DNA of 50,546 nt from the IMG/VR virus record IMGVR_UViG_3300014864_000003. One strand, given 5' to 3'. The DNA comes from a virus. Below, piece by piece: positions 40,666 to 50,423 of the stretch (positions within the stretch are counted from its first letter, which is position 1; each line of letters opens with the position of its first letter). The notes under the pieces were generated by a model. That model had not been told where the DNA came from, did no database searches, and saw nothing but the letters and a program-made list of their open reading frames with translations. The position numbers and the translations under genes are program-made.

Positions 40666-42489
40666 CTACCGGGCGTATGCGATGCCGCCGCGGACATCGA
40701 CGACCTGGCCGCCCGGCAGGGTGTAGGGACCGTCCGGGGTGCCGGCCGGGGCGCGTCCGACCTTCTGGCCGCCGGTGGGAGCCGGGGTCGCAGCCGGTTT
40801 CGCAGACGGAGCCGGAGTAGTCACCGCGCCGCTCAAGGCTTGCATCGGTATGCTGGTCGGCGCTTTTCCGGCGGCATAGGGCTGCAGGGTCTTAGGGTCG
40901 TGCAGGTCGACCTGGAAATGTGGGGTTTGGGTTATCTCGCCGGTCTTGTTGTTGGTAAACGACCGGCTGGTCGGCCTGCTGCGGGTCTGACCAGGTATGA
41001 TGTACCCTTGGCTGACCAGCTGGTTGATCGCTTTTTGGGTCGCGGCGATCCGATCGCCCTTAGGGTCAGCATTTCGATACTGGTTCGAGAGATCCCGCAG
41101 GACCGGTCCCAGGTCCGGCGAGGCCGCGCCCGAGAGCGCGTCTGTTGTGCTATGACCGCGGCCTGTTCTGGTAGGATCGGCCGGGAACATCCGATCCAGC
41201 TCGTTGTCGATCAGGGTTTGCTGGGCGTTCTGCTCGTTGGCGTCCTCGACTGCCGTCCTCGGTGCGGCTCTCGTTGTCGGCGGCATCGCAAGATCCCGCC
41301 GGGCGGCGAGAACTGGTGCCGCCTCGGGGGTCGCCTGCACGATCGCGGACGAGATCGTCGAACTCAGCTGGTCCGGGCTTGTCACCGGGAGCAACCCCTC
41401 GGTCCGGGCCTGTGCCGGCACACGTTCGAGGATCACGGTCGGCTGGGACGGGTGATAATACAGCCTGGGCTCGTTTTCCGCCTTCGCCCGGGCTGCCGCG
41501 CCGGCTGACGCGGCTGTCGGGTCGTAAACAGGTTGTCCCAAACTGTCCCTGCGCCCGCGCCAGACCGGTTTACCGGTCTCGTCGAGGGTCATTGTGGGGT
41601 GCATCTCGTCGGCTCGCCGTGCTTCGCCGGTCACTACCTGCTGGCGAGCCATCGCGGCGGCGTTCGTCGCGGCGTTGCGCGCGGTCTCGGCCTGCTGCGT
41701 TAGGGTGGTGGTTGCGAGCGAGCTGGCGGCGTTGACATCGGCGACCAGCGGCGCGGCCTGACCGGTCCCGGCCAGCATCTGATGGTACTGGTTCGGGGTA
41801 ATGAGTTTCCGACTGAGCATTTCGTAGGCCAACGCCTGTCCGCCGCCGGCCAGGGTCGCGGCGTCGATCCCGGCCAGCGCCCCGGTACCGTGCAGGGCCA
41901 TCAAGTTTGGCAAGGTCATCCCTGGTGGCACCTGGGCCGGTGCCCCGTTGGCGGCGGCCGGGGACGCCTGTACCGGAACCCCGGACGTGTTGATGCTGTG
42001 CGGGTGCAAGACCCCCGAGACCGCGTCGTTCTGCGGCACCTGGCCGTTCGAGGTGGTCGTGTTCGGCGCCGGCGGCGAGACCGCCGAGGGCGGTGAATAT
42101 GGCTGCGGCGTGCCGGTCGTCATCGGGGCCACCGCCGCCGGGATCGCGTCCGCTGCCTGCTGCGGCGTCATGCCGGTGGCTAGTTGGGCGAGACTGGGGG
42201 CTCCTGCCATCGGCAAATTAGCCGGCGCCGCTTGGATCGGTGCCGACCCCGGCAGATCCGGTTGCTGGTAGGTTGGCGGCGCCAGGGCCGGCTGACCCTG
42301 GGTCATCTGCCGGTAGCGGTTCCGGTCGTGCTGCTGATCGATAAGTTTTTGGCTCTCCAGCAAGCTCTTGCGAGACTGCGTGCCGTAGTAATACGCCTGC
42401 GGCGCCTTGTCCCCGGCAGTCAGAAGATCGCCCAGGGTCCTGAGGTTCTGGTCCCAGTTCGGGTCGCCGGTGCGGACGGTGGTGGGCAT
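40666..42489 (-). CDS. Internal virion protein candidate (607 aa)
   Basis: AAGGGG SD. Ala/Pro/Gln-rich. It sits in the T7 gp14-16-like block. Confidence 0.65.
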   Translation of the reverse strand: MPTTVRTGDPNWDQNLRTLGDLLTAGDKAPQAYYYGTQSRKSLLESQKLIDQQHDRNRYRQMTQGQPALAPPTYQQPDLPGSAPIQAAPANLPMAGAPSLAQLATGMTPQQAADAIPAAVAPMTTGTPQPYSPPSAVSPPAPNTTTSNGQVPQNDAVSGVLHPHSINTSGVPVQASPAAANGAPAQVPPGMTLPNLMALHGTGALAGIDAATLAGGGQALAYEMLSRKLITPNQYHQMLAGTGQAAPLVADVNAASSLATTTLTQQAETARNAATNAAAMARQQVVTGEARRADEMHPTMTLDETGKPVWRGRRDSLGQPVYDPTAASAGAAARAKAENEPRLYYHPSQPTVILERVPAQARTEGLLPVTSPDQLSSTISSAIVQATPEAAPVLAARRDLAMPPTTRAAPRTAVEDANEQNAQQTLIDNELDRMFPADPTRTGRGHSTTDALSGAASPDLGPVLRDLSNQYRNADPKGDRIAATQKAINQLVSQGYIIPGQTRSRPTSRSFTNNKTGEITQTPHFQVDLHDPKTLQPYAAGKAPTSIPMQALSGAVTTPAPSAKPAATPAPTGGQKVGRAPAGTPDGPYTLPGGQVVDVRGGIAYAR

Positions 42490-42501
42490 AGGTGGAACCC
42501 C

Positions 42502-43527
42502 TTATGCGTCGCCAGTGTATTTTGGCGTGCTGCTTCCAAAGAGCCCGGACAACGGAGACCCGCCACCGTAATACTGCCCGGCGCCGTAGAGCCCTAACTG
42601 CCCGACGCCTTGGATCACCTTGGCCTGGCTCTCCGCTGCCTGCAGGTTGGCCTGTTGCTGCGCCAGGGTGTTTTTCGCGGTTTGATCGGCGTTGGCTTGC
42701 TGCAAATTGGCAAGGCTCGTGGCGTTGCCGTAGGAGAGCCCCGCCGCGTCGAGCGCGTTCTGGCCGCGGGACTGCAAGAGAAGGTCCTGGCCTTGACCCA
42801 GGCTGGTGGCGGCCTGGTAGCCCACCTGGGTCGGCAAGAGCCGGGTGGCACTGCCAGAGCGCAGCAGTTCCTCTGCCTTTTGGGCCGGCATGATGCCGTA
42901 CTTGGCGTCGGCGATCGCCCGGTTGACCGCGTTACTAGGTGCGCTGTAGGCGCCGGCCCGGGCGATGCGCTGGCCGTATTGGCGCACATTGGTGGCGGCC
43001 TCCGCGGTGCGCCGGGCGAGAGCACCGCGCTGCACCGGGTCGCCGGAGACCGCGTTGTCGGGGCTGGTTGCGTCCGGGCTCGGCGGCAGGTTGGCTTCGA
43101 GCAGCTCGGCGGATTGCTGGCGACGCTGTTCCTCGGCGGCGGCAAGCGCCTGCGGGTTGGTCTCGGCCAGGAGCTGCTGACCGGCGATATCACCGGTCTG
43201 GCGCAGGGCCTGAGCTTGGCTGTTTTGCGCGTTGATGGTGTCCTGGTAGTCCTGCAGCGATTTCATTTGCTGCTGACGCATCTGCATCGCGGCCTGGTTG
43301 CGCGACTGGATGGTTTCTTGGGCCGCGGCGGTCTGGGCCTGGGTCTGCTGCAACCCGGCTTGCATGCGCTGGGTAAACCCCTGGTTCTGCGCCAACTGGG
43401 TTTGCCGGTTGGCGGCGGCGATCGCCGACGCCTGCTGTCTCTGGGCCTGGGCGCCCATGTAGGTGCCGGCGAGGCTGGCGGCGGCGCCGACCGCGGTGGC
43501 GATACCTGCCGAGACTGGATCGCACAT
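42502..43527 (-). CDS. Internal virion protein candidate, Q/A-rich coiled-coil (341 aa)
   Basis: AGGA SD. Long Gln/Ala heptad-like sequence. Confidence 0.65.
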   Translation of the reverse strand: MCDPVSAGIATAVGAAASLAGTYMGAQAQRQQASAIAAANRQTQLAQNQGFTQRMQAGLQQTQAQTAAAQETIQSRNQAAMQMRQQQMKSLQDYQDTINAQNSQAQALRQTGDIAGQQLLAETNPQALAAAEEQRRQQSAELLEANLPPSPDATSPDNAVSGDPVQRGALARRTAEAATNVRQYGQRIARAGAYSAPSNAVNRAIADAKYGIMPAQKAEELLRSGSATRLLPTQVGYQAATSLGQGQDLLLQSRGQNALDAAGLSYGNATSLANLQQANADQTAKNTLAQQQANLQAAESQAKVIQGVGQLGLYGAGQYYGGGSPLSGLFGSSTPKYTGDA

Positions 43528-43539
43528 CGGTCCTATCCT

Positions 43540-44478
43540 TTACGTCGTGCTTTTTTTGTTAGGGTTGGTCCCGCCGAGGCCGCTCTTGAACTGCCCCATG
43601 ATCTGGCCCGACTGGAGCCCGCCGAGGAAGTTGCCGGCGCCGCCGAGGACCCCGGAGAAGAGCGACCCCAGGGTGCTGACCGTCGGCACCGCGGTCAGCG
43701 AGGAAGCGACATCCCCGGCGCTGGTAGCCACCGGCGAGATCGCGTTGCGCTGGGTCTGCAGCGCGTTGTTCACGTCCTGGATCGTTGAGCCGGCGATCGG
43801 CGAGCCAATGCTCTGCGCCGCCCCCACCTGGGTGGCCAGGTTCGCCCTAGAGTTGGCGACATCGCTCTGCAGCGCCGCCGCGGCCTGCTGGGCCGCCTCG
43901 GTTTGCTCGGCGGTGGCACGCCCGGCGGTCTCTTCGATCAGACCCTGCTGATTGATCCCGGCCTGGCTCGACGAGATGCCTTGTCGGGCCAGCTGGAACC
44001 CCAAGTTCTTCGTGGCGTCCCGCCGCTGATAGTCGATCTGGTCCTGCGACTTGGCCAGGTAGTCCCGAGCGTACTGGTCGAAATACTCCGGGGAGAACCG
44101 GGCGAACGCCTGGTTGATGGCGTTGGTGCCCTCACCGTAAACCTGCGCCCGGCCGACATCGTACTCGCTCTGCCGGGCGGCCTGCTCCTGGACCTGTCTT
44201 TGCTGCTGGGCGTACTGGTCCTGCTGTGCCCGGAACTGTTCCTCGTTAAACGTCTGTTGTTGGGCCGCAATGTCCCGCTGAGCCGCGATCTGCCGGTCGG
44301 AGAGGTCCTTCGCCGCCTCGGTCTGGTACTGGCTGACCGTAGTCACGCCACGGGCGGCGTACTCGCCGGGGACGCCTTGCTCGACCCAATACTGACCAGG
44401 GACCCCGGTCGCCGGGTTAGTGTAGCTGACAGGTCCCATCTGCGGCCCGGTCTTGGGCGCGCCGCCGAAGAAGCACAT
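43540..44478 (-). CDS. Internal virion protein candidate, Q/A-rich (312 aa)
   Basis: AAGGA SD 7 nt upstream of ATG 44478. Composition is like that of the neighbouring gene. Confidence 0.65.
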   Translation of the reverse strand: MCFFGGAPKTGPQMGPVSYTNPATGVPGQYWVEQGVPGEYAARGVTTVSQYQTEAAKDLSDRQIAAQRDIAAQQQTFNEEQFRAQQDQYAQQQRQVQEQAARQSEYDVGRAQVYGEGTNAINQAFARFSPEYFDQYARDYLAKSQDQIDYQRRDATKNLGFQLARQGISSSQAGINQQGLIEETAGRATAEQTEAAQQAAAALQSDVANSRANLATQVGAAQSIGSPIAGSTIQDVNNALQTQRNAISPVATSAGDVASSLTAVPTVSTLGSLFSGVLGGAGNFLGGLQSGQIMGQFKSGLGGTNPNKKSTT

Positions 44479-44962
44479 GCTCGTTCCTTTCCCGGGTCAG
44501 GTCCCAGGCGTAAAGAAGAAAATCCTCGCGCCCCCGGCCAAAACCCTTGAGGACCGCCTCGACCTCGCCGCCCAAGAGTTCGATCCAGCGCCGACTGTCG
44601 ATATTCGCCGCCAGGACGTAGGCTTCGCCGCGGTGGAAGTTGGCCTGGTGTAGGATCGGGATGACGTAATCCAGGGACCAGCGCGTCATCGGCCGCACGA
44701 TGGATTTCCAGCGTTTGGTCCCGAAAGCACCGGCGATGACCACCCCCGGGCGCACCGGGACCACTCCGTTGACCGCCACCGGCTCGCCGTCCACCGACCA
44801 CATCCGCCATAAATCCCCGGCGGTCCGCGAAACTTCTAGGGCGAACTGGTCCTCGTCGTCGGTCCAACGCAATGCGAAAATCTCGCGCCGGTCGCGGGGC
44901 CGCAGGTGACGCACGATGTGGCGCAGCCCCTCTAGGCTGACCAGGGTGGCTTCGACCTTCAC
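44417..44962 (-). CDS. Hypothetical virion-module protein (181 aa, GTG start)
   Basis: Only the C-terminal part of track ORF 44417-45445 looks real. GTG 44962 overlaps the upstream stop (GTGA). Its 3' end overlaps the next gene by 62 nt. Confidence 0.55.
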   Translation of the reverse strand: MKVEATLVSLEGLRHIVRHLRPRDRREIFALRWTDDEDQFALEVSRTAGDLWRMWSVDGEPVAVNGVVPVRPGVVIAGAFGTKRWKSIVRPMTRWSLDYVIPILHQANFHRGEAYVLAANIDSRRWIELLGGEVEAVLKGFGRGREDFLLYAWDLTRERNEHVLLRRRAQDRAADGTCQLH

Positions 44963-46416
44963 TTGGTGGCCCCTTCGAGAAGGTTGAAATGGAGTGAGGC
45001 CAAGAGTGCCGGACCCGGCGCCTGGTGCTCCAAATGGACCCCGAAATGAGTGCCGTAACCCGCGAAGGGGATGCTCTTCAGACCGTAGGTATTGTCCTGG
45101 ATCGTGGCGCACGTCTCGAACGCCTCGACGTTGTTGGGCAGCATACCGATATGGATCGTCCACTGGCCCTGGCACATCACGTCGACGCTCTTGATGCGCT
45201 TGTTTTCGGTCGGGTTGTCGGCCGACATATGCGGCGTCCTGATCGTCACCTTGCAATTGTCGTACTCGTTCTGACTGACCCCGCCGTAGAGGGTGATATT
45301 GCCCTCCATGTCGAGGCAGTAGACCGTGTTGTTGGCGACGGCGAAATTGCGCACGATGAAACCGGGTTTCATCGTCGACCACGCCGTAATGTCGCCGGCC
45401 GGAAAGTAGCTGAGGATGTAAATCGTATCGCCGATAGCCAGCCAATACCGACCCTGGATCGGCTGCACCACCGCCTCGGCCTTGTGCACGTCGTCGCTGC
45501 CGCTGCGGATCTGCGGCAGCAGCAAAAGATCGATCGCCGACCCGACATCGCCGACGCTGGCGGCGATCGTAAAGGTGGACGACTGAGCTTTTAGCGAGCG
45601 CACCCCGCTGGAGGACAGAAACAGCACATCGCCGGTGCCGAACTGCGTCACCGAATGCGGCGCCTCAAGCCCCATCCGCAACATCTGAGCCAGCACGTCT
45701 TTCGTCGGGTCCGGGTCGAGGGTCCAAATCTGCGTTTGCAGCTCGGCCATCACCGCCATCGACTGGTAGAAAACCTCCATACCGAGCCCGACCTCGCCAT
45801 CGGGATCGTTGAGAGCCATGTTGATAAAACCCGCCCCCGGCTCGGTCACCGAGGCAGGATCGTTCTGCGCCGGGTTGTTGATCCCGGAGAAGCGAAGATA
45901 TTTCCCGTCGATCCGGTACATCTTCGACTTCCAGGTGCGGGCGTAAGTGCCGTGACTGTACCCGCCGGCGCCCCCAGCGCCTTCAGTGACGAGAAACCCG
46001 TCATAGTAGCAATACGTTGCTCCATCCGACGTTTTGACACAGACAAAGAACTTGTCGTCGAACGGCTCGACATCGAGGATCTCGACGATCGGGTAGATGC
46101 CCGGAGGGTCGGCCAGAGGGTGGTGAACGATCGGCACCGGCAAAGCACCGGGGACGACGATCGCGCCCTCGTGGTGCTCGGCGAAAACGTGCAGTTGCCC
46201 GGCATGGCCGATCATGTAGCTCAACAGCCCCACCGGTAGCGGCGCGGTCGCGATCGTCGTCATGTGGACAAAAGCCTGGCGCTTCTCAACCTCGCCACCC
46301 TGGTTGAGAACCGCGTTTTCCAGGATGCGCAGACTGCCGCCGGGGGCGGTCAGCGGGGTCTTGCGAACGTCGAGCCCTGCCTTGAAGTCGGTAACGCTGA
46401 AGACCTTGCCGGCCAT
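44959..46416 (-). CDS. Virion structural protein in tail-tube/nozzle position (485 aa)
   Basis: TGATG coupling. Its position after the capsid genes and before the internal proteins matches T7 gp12 by order only. Confidence 0.6.
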   Translation of the reverse strand: MAGKVFSVTDFKAGLDVRKTPLTAPGGSLRILENAVLNQGGEVEKRQAFVHMTTIATAPLPVGLLSYMIGHAGQLHVFAEHHEGAIVVPGALPVPIVHHPLADPPGIYPIVEILDVEPFDDKFFVCVKTSDGATYCYYDGFLVTEGAGGAGGYSHGTYARTWKSKMYRIDGKYLRFSGINNPAQNDPASVTEPGAGFINMALNDPDGEVGLGMEVFYQSMAVMAELQTQIWTLDPDPTKDVLAQMLRMGLEAPHSVTQFGTGDVLFLSSSGVRSLKAQSSTFTIAASVGDVGSAIDLLLLPQIRSGSDDVHKAEAVVQPIQGRYWLAIGDTIYILSYFPAGDITAWSTMKPGFIVRNFAVANNTVYCLDMEGNITLYGGVSQNEYDNCKVTIRTPHMSADNPTENKRIKSVDVMCQGQWTIHIGMLPNNVEAFETCATIQDNTYGLKSIPFAGYGTHFGVHLEHQAPGPALLASLHFNLLEGATK

Positions 46417-47144
46417 CAGGGACCGCTGCCGTAACCCGGCGGGATGTAGTCAAGACCGATCGCCGGAGAGCGACCCCCGCGGGACTGCGCGTCGCCGCCG
46501 CCGCTGCCGATCGACATCGGGTAGATGTTCTTGTGGCTGAACTGCCGCACCCGGTGACGGCGCATCGCCTCGTTGGCTTTGTTGAGCTTGAGCGCGGCAT
46601 CCTCGGCGCTGTCGCGCTGCAGGATCTCGACTGCGCTGAAGAGTACGATCAGATTATCCGGCAGGGTCGAGAGGTCGCTGTCGTCGACCATCGTGACAAC
46701 GGTCTTGGTGCCGTACAGCCGGAGCTTGGAGGCGCCAACGTCGGGGACCGGCCAAACCTCCAAGGTATTGTCGTCGGCGTGGTGCATCCACTTGAGCGTG
46801 GGCCACTGCTTTGCTCCGTCATCCGAGTTGAGCACGGTCATCTCGGAAGGGCCGATGCCGTAGGTCAGTTCCTGGTAACCGCTGCCGATCAGCACATGGA
46901 CGCCACCGATGTCATCGAACGCGAGATCGACCGGGTAGGGGTAGTATCGAGTAGCGTCGACGAGGGTGATATCGCGGTGGATCATCAGCTGCGGCCAGTC
47001 GTAATCCTGGTACAGCTGGACCTGGGTGCGGTTCAAATAGTAGATCAACGTCTCGCGATCGTTGATGCCGTGCGCGACATTGGTCGAGTGACCGATCTCG
47101 GCGCGCAGATCGGTCAAGAGGTCGCGTAATTGTCTACCGGGCAT
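46416..47144 (-). CDS. Virion structural protein in adaptor/tail-tube A position (242 aa)
   Basis: TAATG coupling. The call is positional. Confidence 0.55.
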   Translation of the reverse strand: MPGRQLRDLLTDLRAEIGHSTNVAHGINDRETLIYYLNRTQVQLYQDYDWPQLMIHRDITLVDATRYYPYPVDLAFDDIGGVHVLIGSGYQELTYGIGPSEMTVLNSDDGAKQWPTLKWMHHADDNTLEVWPVPDVGASKLRLYGTKTVVTMVDDSDLSTLPDNLIVLFSAVEILQRDSAEDAALKLNKANEAMRRHRVRQFSHKNIYPMSIGSGGGDAQSRGGRSPAIGLDYIPPGYGSGP

Positions 47145-47791
47145 TATCGCGGCTCGTAGTTAGGACCGTGACTGCCGCCGGCGTTGACATCGGGCAAGGT
47201 CGAAGGCGCCCGGGCCGCGCTGGCGCTCCGGGACGAACCGCGGCCTCTCGTGTCGCGCACAATGTGCGGCAGATCCCCCGGGTCGGGCGGGCCGTCGAGA
47301 CCCATGTCTTCGACTACGTCGATCTCGTCCTCGTCCTGGGCGTGCGCCGCGATCTCGTCCGGGCTCGGGTCGTCCTCCTTGGGGAGAGGCGGCGCGTCAA
47401 GCACCGGCACGTCGACAGCGGTGAACTGATCGAGGGGACGCAGGCTCGGGTCGGGGCTGTCCGGCTTGACCAGGCGTGGCTTATAGACCGGCTGGGTGCA
47501 TTTCGGGATCGAAGCATCCCCCAGCGGCAGTCTCGGGCGGGCGCCAGGGAAGACCTCCTTGAGAACCTCCGCGTCGTAGGTCAGCTGCAGACGCTGCAGG
47601 ACCTCGTCGTTGGTGGTGTTCCACTGGCCGACCACATGGATTTCGGTGATCGCCTCCTCACCGTGTATGTGCTGCAGGATCACCAACTCGGGGAAAACGA
47701 TCGGTCGGGTCCGGTCGCGGTAGACGACCGTGTCGGGTTGCGAGCCGCCGCCCAGCGCGACCATACAGCGCAACAGATGAAACGCGGGCAT
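47144..47791 (-). CDS. Hypothetical virion-module protein (215 aa)
   Basis: ATG 47791 follows a large stem-loop. The C-terminal half is acidic and Pro-rich. Confidence 0.55.
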   Translation of the reverse strand: MPAFHLLRCMVALGGGSQPDTVVYRDRTRPIVFPELVILQHIHGEEAITEIHVVGQWNTTNDEVLQRLQLTYDAEVLKEVFPGARPRLPLGDASIPKCTQPVYKPRLVKPDSPDPSLRPLDQFTAVDVPVLDAPPLPKEDDPSPDEIAAHAQDEDEIDVVEDMGLDGPPDPGDLPHIVRDTRGRGSSRSASAARAPSTLPDVNAGGSHGPNYEPR

Positions 47792-47813
47792 AAGTAAACT
47801 CCCTTATGGAAGA

Positions 47814-47852
47814 GCCGGGACCAGTCTAGGGGACGGAGGGACTGGTCCCGGC
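47814..47852 (-). terminator. 13-bp stem-loop downstream of the capsid gene pair (attenuator/terminator candidate)
   Basis: gccgggaccagtc (47814-47826) / gactggtcccggc (47840-47852), 13-nt loop. No clear U-run. Confidence 0.45.
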
Positions 47853-47858
47853 ACGCCC

Positions 47859-48047
47859 CTACTGCCCCTCGCAGCAGGGGTGTTCGCCAACCAGCCAGAA
47901 CACGCCGTTGGTCATGTCGCGCCAACGCATGGTCGGGTCCCGGCTGATCGTTTCGGCGGTGACCCACACTGTCGTTCGTAGGGGTTTCAGACACGGCTGC
48001 CGCTCGATCTCGTCGCGCGCCGCGTTAAACCGGGCCGCCGCGTCCAT
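47859..48047 (-). CDS. Hypothetical small protein (62 aa)
   Basis: Track ORF 47859-48101 trimmed to ATG 48047, which is preceded by TAAGGAGG. Confidence 0.5.
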   Translation of the reverse strand: MDAAARFNAARDEIERQPCLKPLRTTVWVTAETISRDPTMRWRDMTNGVFWLVGEHPCCEGQ

Positions 48048-48057
48048 CGCTGCCTCC

Positions 48058-49140
48058 TTAGACGATCTCCACCACCAACGACGAGTTGACCTGCTGGGCA
48101 ACCATCTGTCCCGTGTGGGTCATCGACTTGTACATGACGAACTGGTTGTACGGCCGAGCGGGGGTGAACTTGTGATCCCACTCGCCGTCCTGTTTCATCA
48201 GGAAAATGTGGCGCGGGTCCCACCAGTAAGCGCGCTTCGAGAACCCCAGATCGTCGAGCGTCGGGTCGTACTCGATGGTGGTCGAGCCGAACTTCATCTG
48301 CCCCATCGAGCCGTCCTGGGTGCCGGTGAACCCGGTCATCGTGTAGTTGCCGTTGGCCCGCATCTCGACTTCCATCGCGGCGATGAAATCCGACCCGGCG
48401 AGGCACTTGGTCGGCCGGCCGCCGTAGCGGATCAGTTGCCGGTACTCGGCCTGCAAGAACTGCAGGAGAGCGCCGCCGTTAGCCGGGTTGGAAGTCACCG
48501 CGCCGCGCCCGCCGGCGCCGCCATAGGCCGCCGTCGCTGCCCGGTTGCGCCACCAGGTGTTGGTGACCCGCGATAGGCCGCCCAAGAGCCCGACGTTGGG
48601 GATCGCCGCGATAATCGACTGCATCCCGGCCAGGGCTTTGGCGTCGGCCACCCCGTCGCCCCACATCAAGGCGTTCATGCTGCGGGCGTAGCTCTCGCCG
48701 AAATCCTCCAATTTGTCCTGCAGGAGGTTCACCAGGACCGTCACGTCGCGGTCCGAGTGGTTAGAGAGCGAGGTGCCGTCCCCGTGCTCGTCGGTGACCG
48801 AGATACCGTCGATCTTCAGTTCGGTGTGGGTCAGAGTTAAACCAATGTGGTGCTCACGCCACGGGAAGTTGGCCCGCTGAATATTGGCCGGTGTATAGAA
48901 GTTGACGCTGTCGTTGTGCGTGTAACCGACCGACTTGTCGTTGACCCCACCGGCGCCGTAGGCGCCCTTTACCGCGATCGAGATGTTGCCTTTGCCGCCG
49001 GGGAAAGACTTGGCGGAGCCTTCCATGTAACGCAATAGCGGTTTTGACTGGATCGACTGCTTAAAGGTGTCGCCTTTGTTGTAGTAGTAGTCGAGGGCAG
49101 CATTAGCAATGTTGGTGATTTCACCTGCCGTAAACGCCAT
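48058..49140 (-). CDS. Major capsid protein (360 aa)
   Basis: Size and position directly after the scaffold-position gene and before a strong hairpin. No low-complexity sequence. No search was run. Confidence 0.75.
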   Translation of the reverse strand: MAFTAGEITNIANAALDYYYNKGDTFKQSIQSKPLLRYMEGSAKSFPGGKGNISIAVKGAYGAGGVNDKSVGYTHNDSVNFYTPANIQRANFPWREHHIGLTLTHTELKIDGISVTDEHGDGTSLSNHSDRDVTVLVNLLQDKLEDFGESYARSMNALMWGDGVADAKALAGMQSIIAAIPNVGLLGGLSRVTNTWWRNRAATAAYGGAGGRGAVTSNPANGGALLQFLQAEYRQLIRYGGRPTKCLAGSDFIAAMEVEMRANGNYTMTGFTGTQDGSMGQMKFGSTTIEYDPTLDDLGFSKRAYWWDPRHIFLMKQDGEWDHKFTPARPYNQFVMYKSMTHTGQMVAQQVNSSLVVEIV

Positions 49141-49155
49141 GACTGGTTATCCACA

Positions 49156-50256
49156 TCAGGAGGCACGCCGCATATTTGCGAGAGCCATCACCACCGCTTC
49201 CTTCATGTTGCGGGGGTCCTGGCCGGACGTGCCGGTTGCGACATGGATGCTGGACGGAGAGGGACGGGTCGGCCGTGGCGCGGGCTGACGCGCACGGAAG
49301 ACCGTTTTTGCTTCGTCATAGGCGGCTTGCACCAACGCCACCGCCTGCTGCTGGGTCTGAGGAAGCCCTCGTTCCTGCAGCAAGCCTTGGGCGAACCGAC
49401 GTACAGCACCCGACATTTGGGCGTAGTCGGGGTCCTGCCGCTGGATGCTTTGTTCCCAGGTATCGACAGCGGAGCGGATCTGGTCCACTTGGCTGTTTTG
49501 TTGGGTCTGGGCCGTCACCTGAGCGTGGTTCTGCAGCCGGGCCTCGGCTTGCGCGGCGCGGTGCCGCGTGCGCGTCAGTTCCCGGGCTGTGGCGTCGTCG
49601 ATCATCCCCTCGTCGACCTGGCCTTGCAGGTCGGGGGCGATCCGCAGCCCCAAGTTTTCCTGGGCGGCGAGCACATAAGGCATCACGCCGTCGAGGAAAC
49701 CCTGGTAGTCGCCGCGGCGCAGGGACGCGCCCACAAACATCAGCTGATTGACATCTTCCGGTGCCAGCTGGTGTTCCTGGATGTAGCCCATGAACTGCCG
49801 GTGCTGATCCAGCTCCGGCACAACCGCTTCCCATTGCTGGCGAAGCTCGTTGCGCTGCGATAGCAGCTGCTCGAAACGCCGTCGCGTCTCCGGCCGGAGC
49901 TTTTTGAGGTCAGCCTCGGTCGGGTCGGCAAACTCAGGTGGTTTTTCTGCATCCGGCGGGGGTGTCCCCTCGCCCGTAGCCGCTGCCTGGTCCTGGGAGG
50001 GGTCCGGGTCGTCGGTCTCCGCGTCATCCGAGGGGAGAGCTGACTTCTCGGGTTTGGTCTCCACGACCTTCTGGATTACGGCAAGTAACCCATCACGGTC
50101 TGACTGGCGGCTGTCGCCTGACGAAGGCGCTGTTACGTCGGGTGCGCTTGACGGGGGCGCGGTGCTGTCGGGCGCCGGCGATGGCGGCGGCGCCGGAGTG
50201 TCGGGTGCGCTTGACGGGGGCGCCGCTACGTCTGGGGTCGAGTTGTCGTCGGACAA
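49156..50256 (-). CDS. Scaffolding protein candidate (366 aa; only available start is TTG 50256)
   Basis: Position immediately upstream of the capsid gene. Pro/Ser/Asp-rich N-terminus with a 21-codon repeat, and a helical Q/E/R-rich body. The start codon is uncertain. Confidence 0.55.
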   Translation of the reverse strand: MSDDNSTPDVAAPPSSAPDTPAPPPSPAPDSTAPPSSAPDVTAPSSGDSRQSDRDGLLAVIQKVVETKPEKSALPSDDAETDDPDPSQDQAAATGEGTPPPDAEKPPEFADPTEADLKKLRPETRRRFEQLLSQRNELRQQWEAVVPELDQHRQFMGYIQEHQLAPEDVNQLMFVGASLRRGDYQGFLDGVMPYVLAAQENLGLRIAPDLQGQVDEGMIDDATARELTRTRHRAAQAEARLQNHAQVTAQTQQNSQVDQIRSAVDTWEQSIQRQDPDYAQMSGAVRRFAQGLLQERGLPQTQQQAVALVQAAYDEAKTVFRARQPAPRPTRPSPSSIHVATGTSGQDPRNMKEAVVMALANMRRAS

Positions 50257-50423
50257 AGGTCTTGCCGATCCTTATGATCCGGCAAGAGCTTATGGTCGTT
50301 TGTTGTGTGTGTGTCTAGTGGTTTGTCCTACCGCAGGGACACAAGCTATTGTGCGGCGTTTGGCGCCGCCTCTAAGAGGCGCTTTACGACATCGCACGTC
50401 TCTATCACCGAGAGCATCCGTCC

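Noticed and set aside
44963-45445. Upstream part of track ORF 44417-45445 (-) and ORF 44343-44867 (-)
   Set aside because: They overlap the 485-aa structural gene in another frame. Only the portion from GTG 44962, coupled to the upstream stop, reads like a real protein.
50137-50223. 24-nt exact repeat gtcgggtgcgcttgacgggggcgc, 63 nt apart, in the scaffold-position gene
   Set aside because: This is an in-frame 21-codon duplication encoding the Pro/Ser-rich N-terminal APPSSAPD repeats, which is ordinary coding low-complexity expansion.
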